A DNA stretch of 63,450 nt, filler included, from Hausera hauseri (GCA_046269625.1; 13 parts of 13 records of this genome joined end to end with filler, not necessarily neighbours in it), one strand, 5' to 3'. Shown: positions 38,623 through 52,400, counted from the first letter of the whole stretch. Translations and numbers: made by a program. Notes: generated by a model not told the origin, from the sequence alone.

Positions 38623-39939
38623 TACTTCAATTATTTTATGTAGATAGTGCTGATCATTGGTATGTCGTTACTTGGTTTCTAGAAAGTCAGTCTACGTAGA
38701 CACAGACTGTCCGGCTAGGGTCGCCGAATGTCATGTTTCGGTGGACCCTATTCAACACCCAATCTATAACAATACTTGTTTAGGTTAATATAAATTTAGC
38801 ATGAGCATAATATTTTTACAAATTCAATTACTGTGTGCCGTCCTGTGTTAACGTTTAATCAAATCTCGTCTTAGCTATATAATTTATAGTAGATTGTAGC
38901 CTAATTGATTCTGAAGTTTCCATTAATGGGTGGTGGAAAACTGTTAAAATGTTTTTGTAAAATACAAATTTATTTTAATAAAACAACCAATATTGACGTA
39001 CAATGTCAAGGTTTTTCTCGGCAAAAATAACAAGTGCCGCAGTTTGTGGGATCAAATCACGGTATATGATTCAACTCCAAAAATTTTCCAATAAATCGAT
39101 TTTCAGCGTTTTGACACTTCGATTCTACTGTCTATTCGCGCCTGTCTCATTTGATTTTCTATCTGGTTTATATACTTGATTTTAGCGAACCATCTCCATG
39201 ACGGAATTTCTATAAATATTTTGACGTTTTTTCTTGTTTGCTGCCATTAATCAATATTATGGATTAAGGCATTAGTCACCGTACACAAAAAAATAAGTTT
39301 TGCCGATATATTTTGTTTTCCCGTGAGTCCATCGGAAACTGCGATTNNNNNNNNNNNNNNNNNNNNNNNNNNNNNNNNNNNNNNNNNNNNTTAATTAATT
39401 AANNNNNNNNNNNNNNNNNNNNNNNNNNNNNNNNNNNNNNNNNNNNTAATCCTCTATGCGCAGTTCTTATAAGTCGCTGTCTACTGAAGAACTACATCAA
39501 TTTGTCGTGGGAAATTAAGGACCTAATAGCGATAAAATATGTCATATCAACTTGAAACATTAAAATATTATATATTTCAGATCTTACTTCAAAATATTAA
39601 GAAATAATCGAAAAAATACTAATTAAATATTACTGTCTGACAAGGTACCTTATATTGAAAACTAAACTTAATACAGTATTCTTAAATGATTGGAACTATA
39701 TATTTTGATTTTAAACGAAAGTATTACACTATGAAATTTTACAGATTACATGAAACGGTAAATACATCAAAAATAGCTCGGTAGTAGAAAAGAATTGTAT
39801 TCAGTAGTCAGTAAGGATATCATAATTAATTATTTTAACAAGTTATATCCCAATTATCCTTTTCTTCATTGATTTAAAATAACTAGTTAAAAACAAAACG
39901 AAAATAATTGTTGTCAATTATTTTATTAAAGAATAATAA

Positions 39940-40650
39940 TTATACATTAAAATCTAAAGAAAAACGTGTTTGTTCAAAGTGTTCATTGTGGGTCATTTTT
40001 AAAATTTCAATGGTTCGGTTGGTCACTGATTTTAAATTTTCTATTGTATCTGAAAATATGCGAACAGTTCCAACAATGTGAAACATCACTGCTTGAATGT
40101 ATTGATCATTTTTGACACCACTTAGTTTACTATTTGGATAGTAAACAAGTGTACCTTTGTCTTTACCTCTATCTTTCGTTTGTCCATCATCATCATTATA
40201 TTCCATATATTCCTGATCGTGCCAATCACCGTTATATATATTTTGAAGATTTAATTTAAACGGCAATCTAAAATATCCAAAAATATTGAATATTTTGTAG
40301 CCTTTGAATTTTATTTTATAGCCACGCTCAGATACCTTTTGTATTTTTCTAGCAATTGCTCTTGCACCCATCTTTGCATCAGCAATTGACTTTGCTCCTC
40401 TTATTAACATTTTCCCATTGCTAAATATTTGAGCCTGTTTGAAGCGTAAACCACTTTGCTTAAATTTTTTCGTAATGAGTGGTTCACGGATTTCTACAGA
40501 AACGTATGAACCGTAAATTCCATCGGAATGTAATTCCGTATTGGCTAATTTAAATGCCAGTTGTTTAATGTTAATTGGGCAAGATAAATTGACGCTTGCA
40601 TTTACATTACAAATTTTCAGCTTTAACGTATCTTCACTGTTTTGATTCAT
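39940..40650 (-). CDS. Intronless divergent TATA-binding-protein family member (TBP/TRF-like), 236 aa
   Basis: ICNVNASVNLSCPINIKQLA...IREP...AQIFSNGKMLIRGAKSIADAKMGARAIARKIQK...KFKGYKIFNIFG...PFKLNL aligns with TBP core repeat 1 and the start of repeat 2. The ORF is intact from ATG to stop. Confidence 0.9.
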   Translation of the reverse strand: MNQNSEDTLKLKICNVNASVNLSCPINIKQLAFKLANTELHSDGIYGSYVSVEIREPLITKKFKQSGLRFKQAQIFSNGKMLIRGAKSIADAKMGARAIARKIQKVSERGYKIKFKGYKIFNIFGYFRLPFKLNLQNIYNGDWHDQEYMEYNDDDGQTKDRGKDKGTLVYYPNSKLSGVKNDQYIQAVMFHIVGTVRIFSDTIENLKSVTNRTIEILKMTHNEHFEQTRFSLDFNV

Positions 40651-40949
40651 TTATGTCTATTCTACTTATTTATTTATGCATTATTCTACTTAAATGAATA
40701 TCAATTAATTATTATGTATATTTTATTTAAATAATATTGGATAAATATTATTTTGTAAGTAATTACATTTATCAAAATGGTATAGAAGTATATTATTGAA
40801 AATGCATATAGATGTGATGTAGAATATTTATTCTTAAATTAAAAATTCGTGTATACATTTATTTAAAATATATCCCATTCATTTTTATAACTTTAATTTA
40901 AAACATTCTGCTTAAAACCATATGTGCATATATCTGTATATGTGAATGT

Positions 40950-41640
40950 GTACGTATATTTATAAGTTAAACACAGACATCAGTCTGGTTTTATCTCAAC
41001 TGAATTGGTTTACATACACATGATTATGCCATGCTGTCTCCCGCTTTTATTCTATTTTTGTATAAACACTATCATGACAAATACACATTTCTTACTTCAC
41101 TTTTTGGTGTAAAACAGTTGTGTATTTTATTTGTTCCTTTTTATTGTTACTGGTATTTTCTTCTTAACCTTTTCATGCGCAATATCTTTTAATATAATCT
41201 CCATCAGGCTATAAAGATAATCACAACCACGGTACTTGGATAATTCTTAGATGAATTTAAAGTTTAATGAGTTAAAAGATTATTTGAAATATTTTTGCAG
41301 GTCGTGGCCATTGTGGATGTAGTGGCCCTATAAACAGTTTTTAACTTGTTCTTGCATCAAATAATACTCGATGAGTGGTGGTGGGTGTTCATACAATTTT
41401 GCACCTACATGTCTACATATTCAACGATTGCTATTTTGGTGGCATGACAGTACATCAAGCCCAGCATGAACTGCTCAGTGGTCTTCATCCACATGCATCA
41501 TGTATTGTGATTCTGAAATATCTACATAGTTCTAAAAGTCATTGCTTTCATAATTTTCACTGATTTTGATGCTTTAAAATTTCCATTTTAATTGAAATGA
41601 GAAAGAACGCGTTGTATACGTGACCAATATCTCATAACGT
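40950..41640 (-). mobile_element. Possible highly decayed piggyBac 3' end
   Basis: DIGHVYNAFFL (cf. LD.AV.NA..L) followed by a broken Cys-rich tail KCVF...KRETAW...C.CKP; very fragmentary. Confidence 0.3.
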
Positions 41641-44600
41641 GTTACATTATAAGTAATAATAATTATTTGAATGTCACACATATTAATGACACACTAAGTT
41701 CAAACAATATATGAATAGTTTGATACAATGGTTAAATTTAGCAACAGCTACATAACAATCCAAGACAATAAATATATAGTAAATTATATAGTTGATAATG
41801 TATAGCAACAGATAAATGGCTAAATTAAGCATTGAAAATTGATAGCTATGCAACAATTAAAAATCAGCGCTGATTACATGCTAGGTGTCTTTTAACATAT
41901 AATACATTCAATGAAATAAAATAACTTTAAATGTAAGATCTTATTCGAGACACTGAGAACGTACATAATACGATCATTTCATGCATACATTCACGAAAGA
42001 TAAGATAACCATTTTATTGTTACTATTATTAATTTACTGTTATGTTTTGTCAATATCAGAAAAATAGCAATTCAAAATAATTGTGTTTATCAAGTTAAGG
42101 TGCAAAAGCATTTTCCCTATTACAAATATAATTGCGTTGAACTAAATGTTATGTATTATTGATGGAATTTTCTATTTTATATTGTTTCTGTTTATATTTT
42201 ATTTAGTGTAAAAATATTTTTTGTTGGTTTTTAAAACGTTATATTGTGGAACAATGTTATTATTATAAAAACAAGGTTTCACAAACATGGTATAAATATG
42301 CCAACATTTTCACTTGTTACTAAGACATTTGGAACTTGCTTCTTGTACTGCAATATGAGCTGTAAGTTTATTCTATTTACATTATCATTTATTTTGTATA
42401 TTTTCGTGTTGCTTTCCGATACAATTGTTAAATTGATAACTAATTAATTAATCATTTAACATCTCTGAGTAATTTATCAGTGGACTCAACATATGGTCGG
42501 AACACGTCCTAAGTAATTTCAATAAAAAAGAGCCAAATAATTATGAAGGTTTTAACAGACCAAAAAACACTAAAATCCAAAGTCTACAAATTCAAAAATC
42601 CCGATCCAAAAAACAACAAAGATAAACCCAGAAATTCTAGTTCGAACTGAAACCAAGATAAACTCAAAATACCCCGATCAAACCGTAAAAGAGGACTGAC
42701 ATTTATCCTGATCTAGAAAATTAACATTGACAATAAATTGTGTGATCGAAATTGCACAGTTCAGAAAATTAACAATATTTCACAATATAATTTCCTATTT
42801 CAAATTTTTCAATTCAATTGAAATTAACTATCACTGTGTGAATATTTTTTAATAAATAATAATAAAACTCTGTGTACAAATGTCTGTTTGTTCTTGTTTG
42901 TCAAAGCCTTTGATCGAGTGTCTCTACCATACCTGTTTATGTACAAATATTGTTAACCAATACGGCTAAAGTAATAATTAATCAAATTAATAATTAATAG
43001 ATATATAAAATAAAACTATTAGAATTAGTCAATTATTTTAACCCAGAAATTACCCCGGTTACGGTAGAATTAGCAAGTTACGTTATCAGATTAGAATTTA
43101 AATTGGAATTCCAAATACCATGCAATTAAAATTACGTGATCAAAATAGAATTTGAAAAACACCCACTAGTAGAACATACTTGAAGTCTGCCAATCAGCGG
43201 CATTTCAGAAAATAAAATTACATAATCAAGTTGGAATTTTAAAATACCAATTAGCGGGATTTATCAATGGAATTTCACAAATCTGTTGTCGAATTTTCAG
43301 AATCCGGTCAAATTCAATTGTCAAAATTGAACAGTATATAAACAACTACCATAATCACAAATTAACCATAAATTCTAAGAACCATTCTTTGCAAATCATA
43401 ATTTTCAACTCAAATTTTAACAGAAATCAATTCCTAGATTTTGAGAAGAATTAATTATTGTGCACTGACGAAGGTAACGCTGTTTATAAACCATTGTAAT
43501 TATTAGATATAATCTATAATTAGCCTACCCGATTTGATTGAATATTTCCAATAGAATTCGTCTTACGTCGAAACAGCAATACGATCATTCAAAAACATCC
43601 CGAAAAAATTTTACGATATAGAAAGTTAATTACGGTAAATATACGTTATTTACTTGAAAAGAAATTTCATTCGTTACATCAATCAAAATATTGTTAAACA
43701 TATTCAAATTGATAGGAACTGGAATACACAATATACTATGTCGACAGATGTCGAGAAAATTCAATATTTCAATTTGTATTTATATCAAATTTATTAGATA
43801 TTTCATGACAACATATAGTTAGTAAATTTCTTTACACCATACACAAATAATTTTTACAACTTTAATTTAAGTTTCTTAGGGTAGTTCTTTGAGATTTGGT
43901 GTTTTCTAAAATAAGTTTTCGACATCCTTTAAACTTCTTGTAGTACGAATTCACAGTATTTTACAGCGTGTGCCTCTTCAAGTGCTACGTTCCAGGACTT
44001 TGTTTATATTACTAATTTATATCGTTTCTAATCTATACAATACAAGGCCCTGTAATAGACATACAATAATATTCAAATTATGGTATATTATTTTGCACAG
44101 TTTGAATTGGATTAAATTAGTAATTTAAAACAAATATAATTCTTGAACGTAGCACTTAACAATATATACATTGCATGTTTAATTTCTCAAATCCCTTAAG
44201 GAAAATGTAAACTTTTAAATAGGCATTTAATGAAAGTTCTTTTATTTGCACATACAAGAAAATCACTTGTAGTTTACTGTGAAACAAGTGTATATATACA
44301 TGTCGTACATTTTCATTTAATTCCAATGTTTCAATCAATCAAAACATTTTTCTCATATAGCATGGCAAAATTTTCACTGACATTGAGATCTATTTTACAA
44401 TATATTAATAATATACATAACTGATTCCGAGTAGCATGTAGTTTTAATATAGTATAATTATTAATCTTTCTAAAATTGATTATCAATGGTACATTATTTT
44501 AAATTAAAGATGAGCCATATTAGCATTATAATCAATGATGTAGCTGGGTGTGCTTGATTCTTTAATACTGTAAAATTATATGGAATTATTTAAACAAAAT

Positions 44601-44914
44601 TCTTTTATGCGCATTTAAATATACAAAGTTGTAAATGTTTACCCTGTCATATGCGGAGTTTTACTATATGTGATTCGAAATTATATGCATAACTTAAGGA
44701 AAAAATTGGAAATTTTAAACCGTTCTTATAATCGGAATAATCCTCTATGCGCAGTTCTTATAAGTCGCTGTCTACTGAAGAACTACATCAATTTGTCGTG
44801 GGAAATTAAGGACCNNNNNNNNNNNNNNNNNNNNNNNNNNNNNNNNNNNNNNNNNNNNTTAATTAATTAANNNNNNNNNNNNNNNNNNNNNNNNNNNNNN
44901 NNNNNNNNNNNNNN

Positions 44915-47900
44915 AGCGATCTTCCTCCTCTATCTCTACTTGCCAATAGTCAGATTGCAAATCGAGCGTAGTAAACCATTTAGCTCCCGAAAGTCTGTCT
45001 AAGGCTTCCTTTAATGATGGTAACGGAAAAGAGTCCTTCATCATAAGTGTATTTAGTGCTCGACAATTGATACAAAATCGGTATTTACTGGTACCTTTCT
45101 TCTTAACCATAAGTATAGGCGAGTACCAAGATCGGTAGCTTGGTCTAATTATGTCGGCCATTAACATTCGTTCAACTTCCTTAGTTATCTCTGGCCTTAG
45201 CGAATGTGGAGAAGGATACCATTTCGGCATCTTTTGATCCTCTAAGTCTATTTCGTCGTTAGTTCCCGGCTTTTTCTTCAGTGGAATCGTGAGCCTTAAG
45301 GTTTTGGCTCGATCAATATCTTCCTCATTTTTCGCGATAATTGAGCTATAGCAACAAAGTAGTTCGTAGAGTCGACAATATGATTCTGGTGAAAATCTAG
45401 TCTCGACATTGGGTGGAAATTCAGCACCCTTATATGGTTTTTCTTCTATAGTAATGGACGGTACTCTATATGTGTGCCCTAGAGTAGTACTGGCGTACAG
45501 TTTGGTTGGAGTAAGCGCATTATTCGCTATTTTGATTGTCACGCGGCTTGTTGATACTCTTGTCAAAACATTGCTGAGCACAAGGTTTGGATCGAGCGAT
45601 TCCTTTGATTCGAAGTATATTGGCTGATAGTCATCCTGACGTATCTAGACGTATTTCTGTTCTGGGTGGTATGGTCTCGTCCACTGGAATCCATACATGT
45701 CCAAATTTTCTGTCTTTAGTGGTTTTAACTCCTTTTATTGGGCCAAGTACTACCAACTTGCCTGCATTGAAATTAATTGCTATATTAGGTAGTTGCCTCA
45801 ATAGATCGCACCCTAACACTACGTCATCCGTTAGCTGCTCCATTACTGAGAATTCGTGATGAAAAATTTGTCCCATTATGTAAATTTCTGGTTTCCAACG
45901 GAATTTACTTTCGACGATTGCCAGAAATCTCCAATGCTTTTTGGATCTGTCGTAGGAGGTGGATATAATTGTTTCCGTAAGAATTGTAGTATCGAATCAT
46001 ATTTTATCAGTGATATTTCAGATTCTGTATCTATTAGTGCATAAACCTCCGAATCTTCCAATTGAATCTTCGCGAAGGGCCTGCCTTTAATTACCGTACC
46101 GTAATAGTTCGGTGCTATTTTGGGTTGTCGTATGGTAGACACTTTATAACCGTTGATGGTAACTTCAGTGGTTCCAACTGGCTGTTCGACTAATTGTCTT
46201 AACTCTCCAATTGGGTATAGTTCGTTATTCGTACCGTTCGCATTTTCTACTCCTTGGCTTTTAACTGGCGGCTGAACATCTTGATTTCGGAAATTGCGTG
46301 TCTCACAACTTCTGGTAAATATTGACTGCACTTCATTTGGTTTAGGCACTCTAGGCGTGTAAATTATACCATGGTCGTCAACTGCTGGTCGACGATGTGG
46401 AGCAGACGTCTTTTCCGTTCCACGGATCTTACGCAATATCCCGTAGCGTTTGGTTCCTTCGTAAGGATCTTCTAGATTGAATGGCTTCCGATAGATGTCT
46501 GTCTGGCACGAACTCATAGATTGTTTCTCGCAATCTTCATACATAGGTGCCGTTGGTGGCAGTATCGGTAATGGTAGTTTCATAACAGAGTAATTTTTGT
46601 GCCTACCTGGCCTGGAGAAGACATCCCTACCTTAGGCTCGTCATCATCAGAATTATATCTTCGCGTCTTACTTTCTACGCATTTTGCCTGTAATCAAATA
46701 TGCGTCTTTTACGTTTTCGATTATGGTAGCCAACATGTCGTTCTACCTCTATTTTCCATTTACTCTCTTCATAAGCCTTTAAGAATTTTCCAAAAGGATT
46801 AATAATGGCCGTTAAAATTTTGCACGAAAATCCTGTCAAGTAAATATCTCGTATCTATTTATAACCGCTTGAATTATCGCTTTTATCAGTTGCATTAAGA
46901 AATATATCGGTACAAATCCTGACACGGCTTGTCCGAATATCAGGAATCTTCCCCAAATTTTGTATAATATTTCCGTAGTTACCTTCTTATAGTAGCCAAC
47001 ACCAAGTAATGACTCCAATTTTGCCAGGTAACGTGAGTCCTCTAGTATTGTATGCATCGCCCTATTCAATTCATGTGTGCGCTGACGAGGAAAAGCGAGA
47101 AATTGTCTAAACGCCTCTACTTCTTTTGGTCGGTAAATACCCTTAGCGGCTGTATCTTGAAACTTATCATCGGTTATTCCTTTTATTAGATTTGTACCTG
47201 TTAGCTTTGTAGGTGGTGCAATAATACCACCATTTGGTAAACTTACCCAATCGGTTTCGCTGCGTCTAAACATCGGCTCTCCTAAACTAGTTTTACAGTC
47301 TGTCGAAATAGTTGGTTGAGTGGCGTTCGTCAACAATACTCTGGTAATTGGTGTTGCTAACCTCGGTATATCTTGATATATTACCGGAAGCTCTTGTATA
47401 CACCTCTTCTCTTCCACATTAATCGGTACATCTTTCTTCTCGCACTCATACGTCAATAACACTTCTCCGGTTACTCGTCCAAAAACACCTTCCTTCATCG
47501 GAATTATTGGTGATGCCAACTCGAGGTTTGCGTATATTAGAGCTAATTTAGTTCTCATGATTTCCAGATCCAATTTACAGTCGTTTGTTATTATTTTACG
47601 GTATAATTCGGCTATTCCGGCTTGTGCCTTATAGTAAAAATAGTCGTCTCTGTTCTTTAAATAGTCTTCAATCCGGATGTCCTGAGTCTCGAGTTTGAAC
47701 GTTCTAGCGTTTATTTCCGTTTCGGCTACGAAAAATGCTTCGTAGTTGGTGGCATATATTACGACGTCGCATCTAGAGAGTATGTCTTTCTTTATAAATT
47801 TTAATCCGTGATCATCAGAAATCAGTATTGTAGGTGTGGATTGTTCGGTCACATCCTCTCGCGTTTTAGAGTTAGTTTCCGGGCTACTTATGTACCGTTT

Positions 47901-49356
47901 TCCCGTTGTCTCGTTGAATTTCAGTTCTTTAATTCTAATAAAATTACAATCACTATTGGCTGGGGGTTCCCAAATTACTACGGAATTTCAAAATTGGCAT
48001 GCGCCATCCTGAATATGGCATTTGTGGTTCTCCGTGTAAAGCTTAGTAACACTATGGAACATTACTTTCTGCATACGCATTTCAGTTTCGTAAAAATCTA
48101 CTACTACGACGTTCGGCTCTAATCCCTTTCCGGTATCGTATTCCACACCTTGACAATGTCCCGTGTGCATGTCTAGCCTTCCGGCCGCTATTTTGTATAC
48201 TCTGACTATTTTTCCTTTCTGTATCTCTAGTTCCATGCCACCCCACTTTATTCTTCCCGTCTCTCTTGCTTGCTTACAATGTTGTCGTTCTAAATTCATC
48301 GGAATTGGTGGAGTCGTCGGTTTGATTATTGATAAGTGTCCATGTATCAGCCCACAAAAGAAGATGTTGCGAAATCGTCGCAACATGCATTCCACCCCAT
48401 CTAATGCAATTAGTTTACGTTGTTGGTATAATACGTAACTCTTTTCTTTTGTTTCTAATTTGTGTGGTCTCGCGTCCTCACACATTTCCAAGTCCATTAG
48501 AGAGTACTTTTGTCCAAGTCTAAATTTGTCACAATCATATACCGTGACTGCACCCATTTGTTTTATCAATATCATCATGGTCAAAAAGTTTATTAACCAA
48601 TTCGATTCATTTCCTCTGTAATTCCCAGTTACATTTCGTAGCAGGTCTCCGAATCCATTGCTATCGAAGGAAAGTCTAGCTTGATGCTCTTCTTCTTTTT
48701 CAAATAACTTCGTCCAGTCCACTTCTCGAGGCAGTTTCCTGGCGGCCTTCCTTGCTAAGCTAGTTGCCTTGTTAAGTTTATTTTCTTTATTCGGGTTAGT
48801 TTTGATGGCCAGATATAGCAACACCTTCCTCAGTTCCTCCGTGGTGTTTTCTACCATAATTTTCTGAATTAACATTTTATCACTCAAGGTTCTCTTGGCT
48901 AGTTTGCACCGGAGGCCTTTCATGGCTTTGGCGGCATTAAATATGGCCTTCTCTTTCTCATCTAACATATCACTGTTTAGGTTGGAGTGGCTTACTATTC
49001 GTATCAAATCCTTCATTAGTTCCTTCACTTTCTCATTATCTGCACTGAATGTTACTATGGACATTTGCCTCAATTCTTTAATCAGGTCTTCATTGTAGTC
49101 GTTCTCCTCTCATACCCTCCGCGGTCTACCGACCGGATGTTTCTGTTTTGTTGCGATAGGTGCGTTACCATGAAGGGGTCCTAAATTCTTATCGTATTGT
49201 TCATTATCTTCATCTGTATGTAGATATTCGAAATATACTACCCATCTCGGACTCCTATTATTTGTCCTACTTGCTGCTGGGCTTTAGCCTTCCTTATAGC
49301 CTCTTCTTTTGTCTCGTCGATAGCTATGGTCACCACTAATCGATTTATCTCGTCTG
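44915..49356 (-). mobile_element. Retroelement copy 3: helical domain - internal signal peptide - gB-like glycoprotein - TM - linker - PR - RT (runs off the contig)
   Basis: ORF 47988-49073 contains WLINFLTMMILIKQMGA|VTVYDC..KYSLMDLEMC...CMLRR..FFCG..HGHLS...CKQARETG...AAGRLD...CQG. It continues in frame past one stop into 46836-47852 (GRVTGEVLLTYEC, CIQELPV, TM). Then ALIDTES and VLGCDLL (PR), and SWYSPILMVKKK...FTTLDLQSDYWQV (RT). Confidence 0.92.
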
Positions 49357-49456
49357 NNNNNNNNNNNNNNNNNNNNNNNNNNNNNNNNNNNNNNNNNNNN
49401 TTAATTAATTAANNNNNNNNNNNNNNNNNNNNNNNNNNNNNNNNNNNNNNNNNNNN

Positions 49457-52400
49457 TGATAAACAAAAACACGGATGTCATGGCCAGAAGATTGATCGAC
49501 GACGAAATATTTGAATATAGAGTGCCAAGGACAATGATATCTGACAGAGGAAGTTATTTTTGCAGCGAACTTATGGAAAAAGTATTGGAAATATTAGGAG
49601 TTAATAATAAATTTACATCGCCTTACCACCCACAAGCCAACGGCACGGTAAAAGCTTTTAATAAATAATTTTCAATTATAATATCCAGTTATGCATACGA
49701 TCACCCGACTGATTGGGATCTATATATAAAACCCTGTGTATATACTTACCACCAAAGTCCTCACACGACAACCGAAGAATTACCCTTCTTTTTAATATAT
49801 GGCAGATGAGACATTATGCCAACTGACCTCAAATATAGACCACCACAGTCACAATTGATAGAGGAACCGGATTATGCAACAATTCTACAAGAAAGATTGC
49901 AAGAAGCATGGATCAGAGCAGGGTTAAAAATTAAATATCACCAAGATAACTACAAGGATCAGTACGACAAGAAAACAAAACCCCATGTGCAACGAATCGG
50001 AGACTTGGTTAATATACTGGATGAGACATGTAAACCCGGTGAAAGCCCGAAACTGAAATTACCATACACAGGACCATATAAGATATTACAAATTACTGAA
50101 TCAAGAGTGGAATTACAAAACCTCTCCAACCCGAGTAAAACCTTTTGGATGAGTGTGCAGCGATGTAGACCAGTAGCTAAATAGCGCAAATTGGAACAAA
50201 CATCACCTTGCAAGTGTCCATTAAGGAATAGAATGCAGTTGGAAGACGAGAAGATGGAACTGACAGAACCTTGTAGGTACCAGTTGAGGAAAAGAATACA
50301 GTCGGAGGACAAAAGTACAATGATGGCATTCATAGAATACGGATCAAATAATATCGTAACCACAACTATAACTATAAATAAAGTTAAAATTGAAGCCACA
50401 ATAGATAGAGGAGCAGCAAAAAATTACTTAAGTAAGACTACAATAGAAATTTTCAAACTGAAATTGAGTGAAAGTAACGAGATAAACCACAAACTAATAA
50501 ATGGTAATCAGCTAAAGGTGATAGGCGTGGTCATAGCCTTGACCAAATTAAAAAATAAACGATCAAAGATTTTGTACCACATATTAGAAAATTCCACCAT
50601 CCCTTGTATTATAGGTAGAGATACGTTAATGGATTATGATATAGTAATAGACGTAGCTACAAACTCGCTGGAGAAAACAAAAGACCTGGAGAAATATCGA
50701 AAAAGCGTGAACGAGCTAGAGGAAGAAATAAAAAGGTTAGAGTTGTTATATAATATGCATTATCGTCAGATTTATAACGATTATCCTCTATTGATACCAA
50801 TATTGGTTAAGGTGTACGGTAAGTATGTTAATGCGGAACTTGATACCACTACTCCCTGACACGTATAAATTTGCGACTGTATAAACGAATTACACATTAT
50901 ATACCTGAGGCATGCGGAAAATTGAATTTAACTATAGGGTGTATTGATGTTACCTGTTACGCCAACCCACAAGAGTCGTAATTTGATCTTATTATTGGTT
51001 TAGACGTACTATACAAACTGACGGGTGCAGAACTCAAAGTTATCGGAAGATCAATAGTATTCAACTGCGAAGGTTACCAAGATACCAAGCCTCAATATAA
51101 TGATCAATGGTGGTTCGCGCCAGGAGAAGAGACTGTTTCACCTTCATTAAATTATGTTACATTAAAGCAAATGAGCGAACATGATACAGAATCTACATTA
51201 GCAAGAAAAATAACGCAAACAAGGATAATAGAAATGCCTACAATTAATACTCCACCTACAATTTTTGGAAATCCTTTTAAGTTGTCTACAATAACCTTGT
51301 TAACGTTAATATTGCTTATAATATTCGGATGTGCGGACGCCCAACCAACGCACACGACCACTGCTGCAAATACGTGGAACAGTACGGTCATATTAATGTT
51401 GATATCAGTATATTATGTGTTTAATAACCGTATTGTAATTGATGATGAGGAAACAGATAATCTCTCCTTGAATGGTCAAGCAAAAAAATGAGTACCTTTA
51501 CCCTCAATAACCGACATAGATACTTGTTCGACAAGTAGTATAGCAGGCATTCCACAAAAACCACCACGAAATTCGTTGCAAGATTTATCAAGACCTATAT
51601 CAACAACCTCAATATATCCTGACTTAATAGAAATTCAGACTTCAAGCGAGTTGCAGTCACCCGTAAATTATACTGTCTTAAGCAAGAAGTTAGAAGAAAC
51701 AGAAGAGAATATTAAAGGTTTGAGAGACGAAATTAAAAAATATTAACCGGAAGAGAGTTCAAAATCGGTAATGTATAACGAAACTAAATTAAGGAAAATA
51801 GACACTACTAAGCAAATGCAACGTAAAGAAGTCAAACCAATTGAGCAGAATTATTTTGAATTGCCTCCAAAAAAAGGGAAGAACCTGCCACCACTCCCAT
51901 TGACCAGAGAGGCAGCTAATCGACACCGGCTGGAGAATTTCCTGTTGACTACACCAGAACGCATAAATCATACACAACAACTACTCAAAGGACCTATAAA
52001 TAGTATAACGGAACTAAGAGATTTCCTTAGCAAATACCACGAAAAGTGCGGAATAACGGACGAACAATATAGACCCATAATAAAATTAATTTGTGAAGAT
52101 CTAAAATTGGATTTCAATACATTAACCACTCTGGATAAACTTTTTATAAAGTTAAGCTGAGAGGAGATATATTATACGATTCCTGATTTAGCTAGCCCAG
52201 GAAAATCGCAACACCATGATTACGTAGCTGCTAGCCGAGCATTAAAAATTCATAAACATTACAATATAATCATAGGAGGTCGAGAACTTATTAATGGAGT
52301 AGAGGAAGTTAAACTAGTCTGGAATATAAGAATGGGACAGCCCCTAGATAGTAATCTTCCTCCTGAACAGTGGATGAAAATAGATCGATTACAATTTGCA

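Larger units (their letters stand above)
39447..44814. repeat. Contig with an exact 77-bp terminal direct repeat (39447-39523 = 44738-44814); unit length 5,291 bp
   Basis: taatcctctatgcgcagttctt...gaaattaaggacc is identical at both contig ends. Confidence 0.95.
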
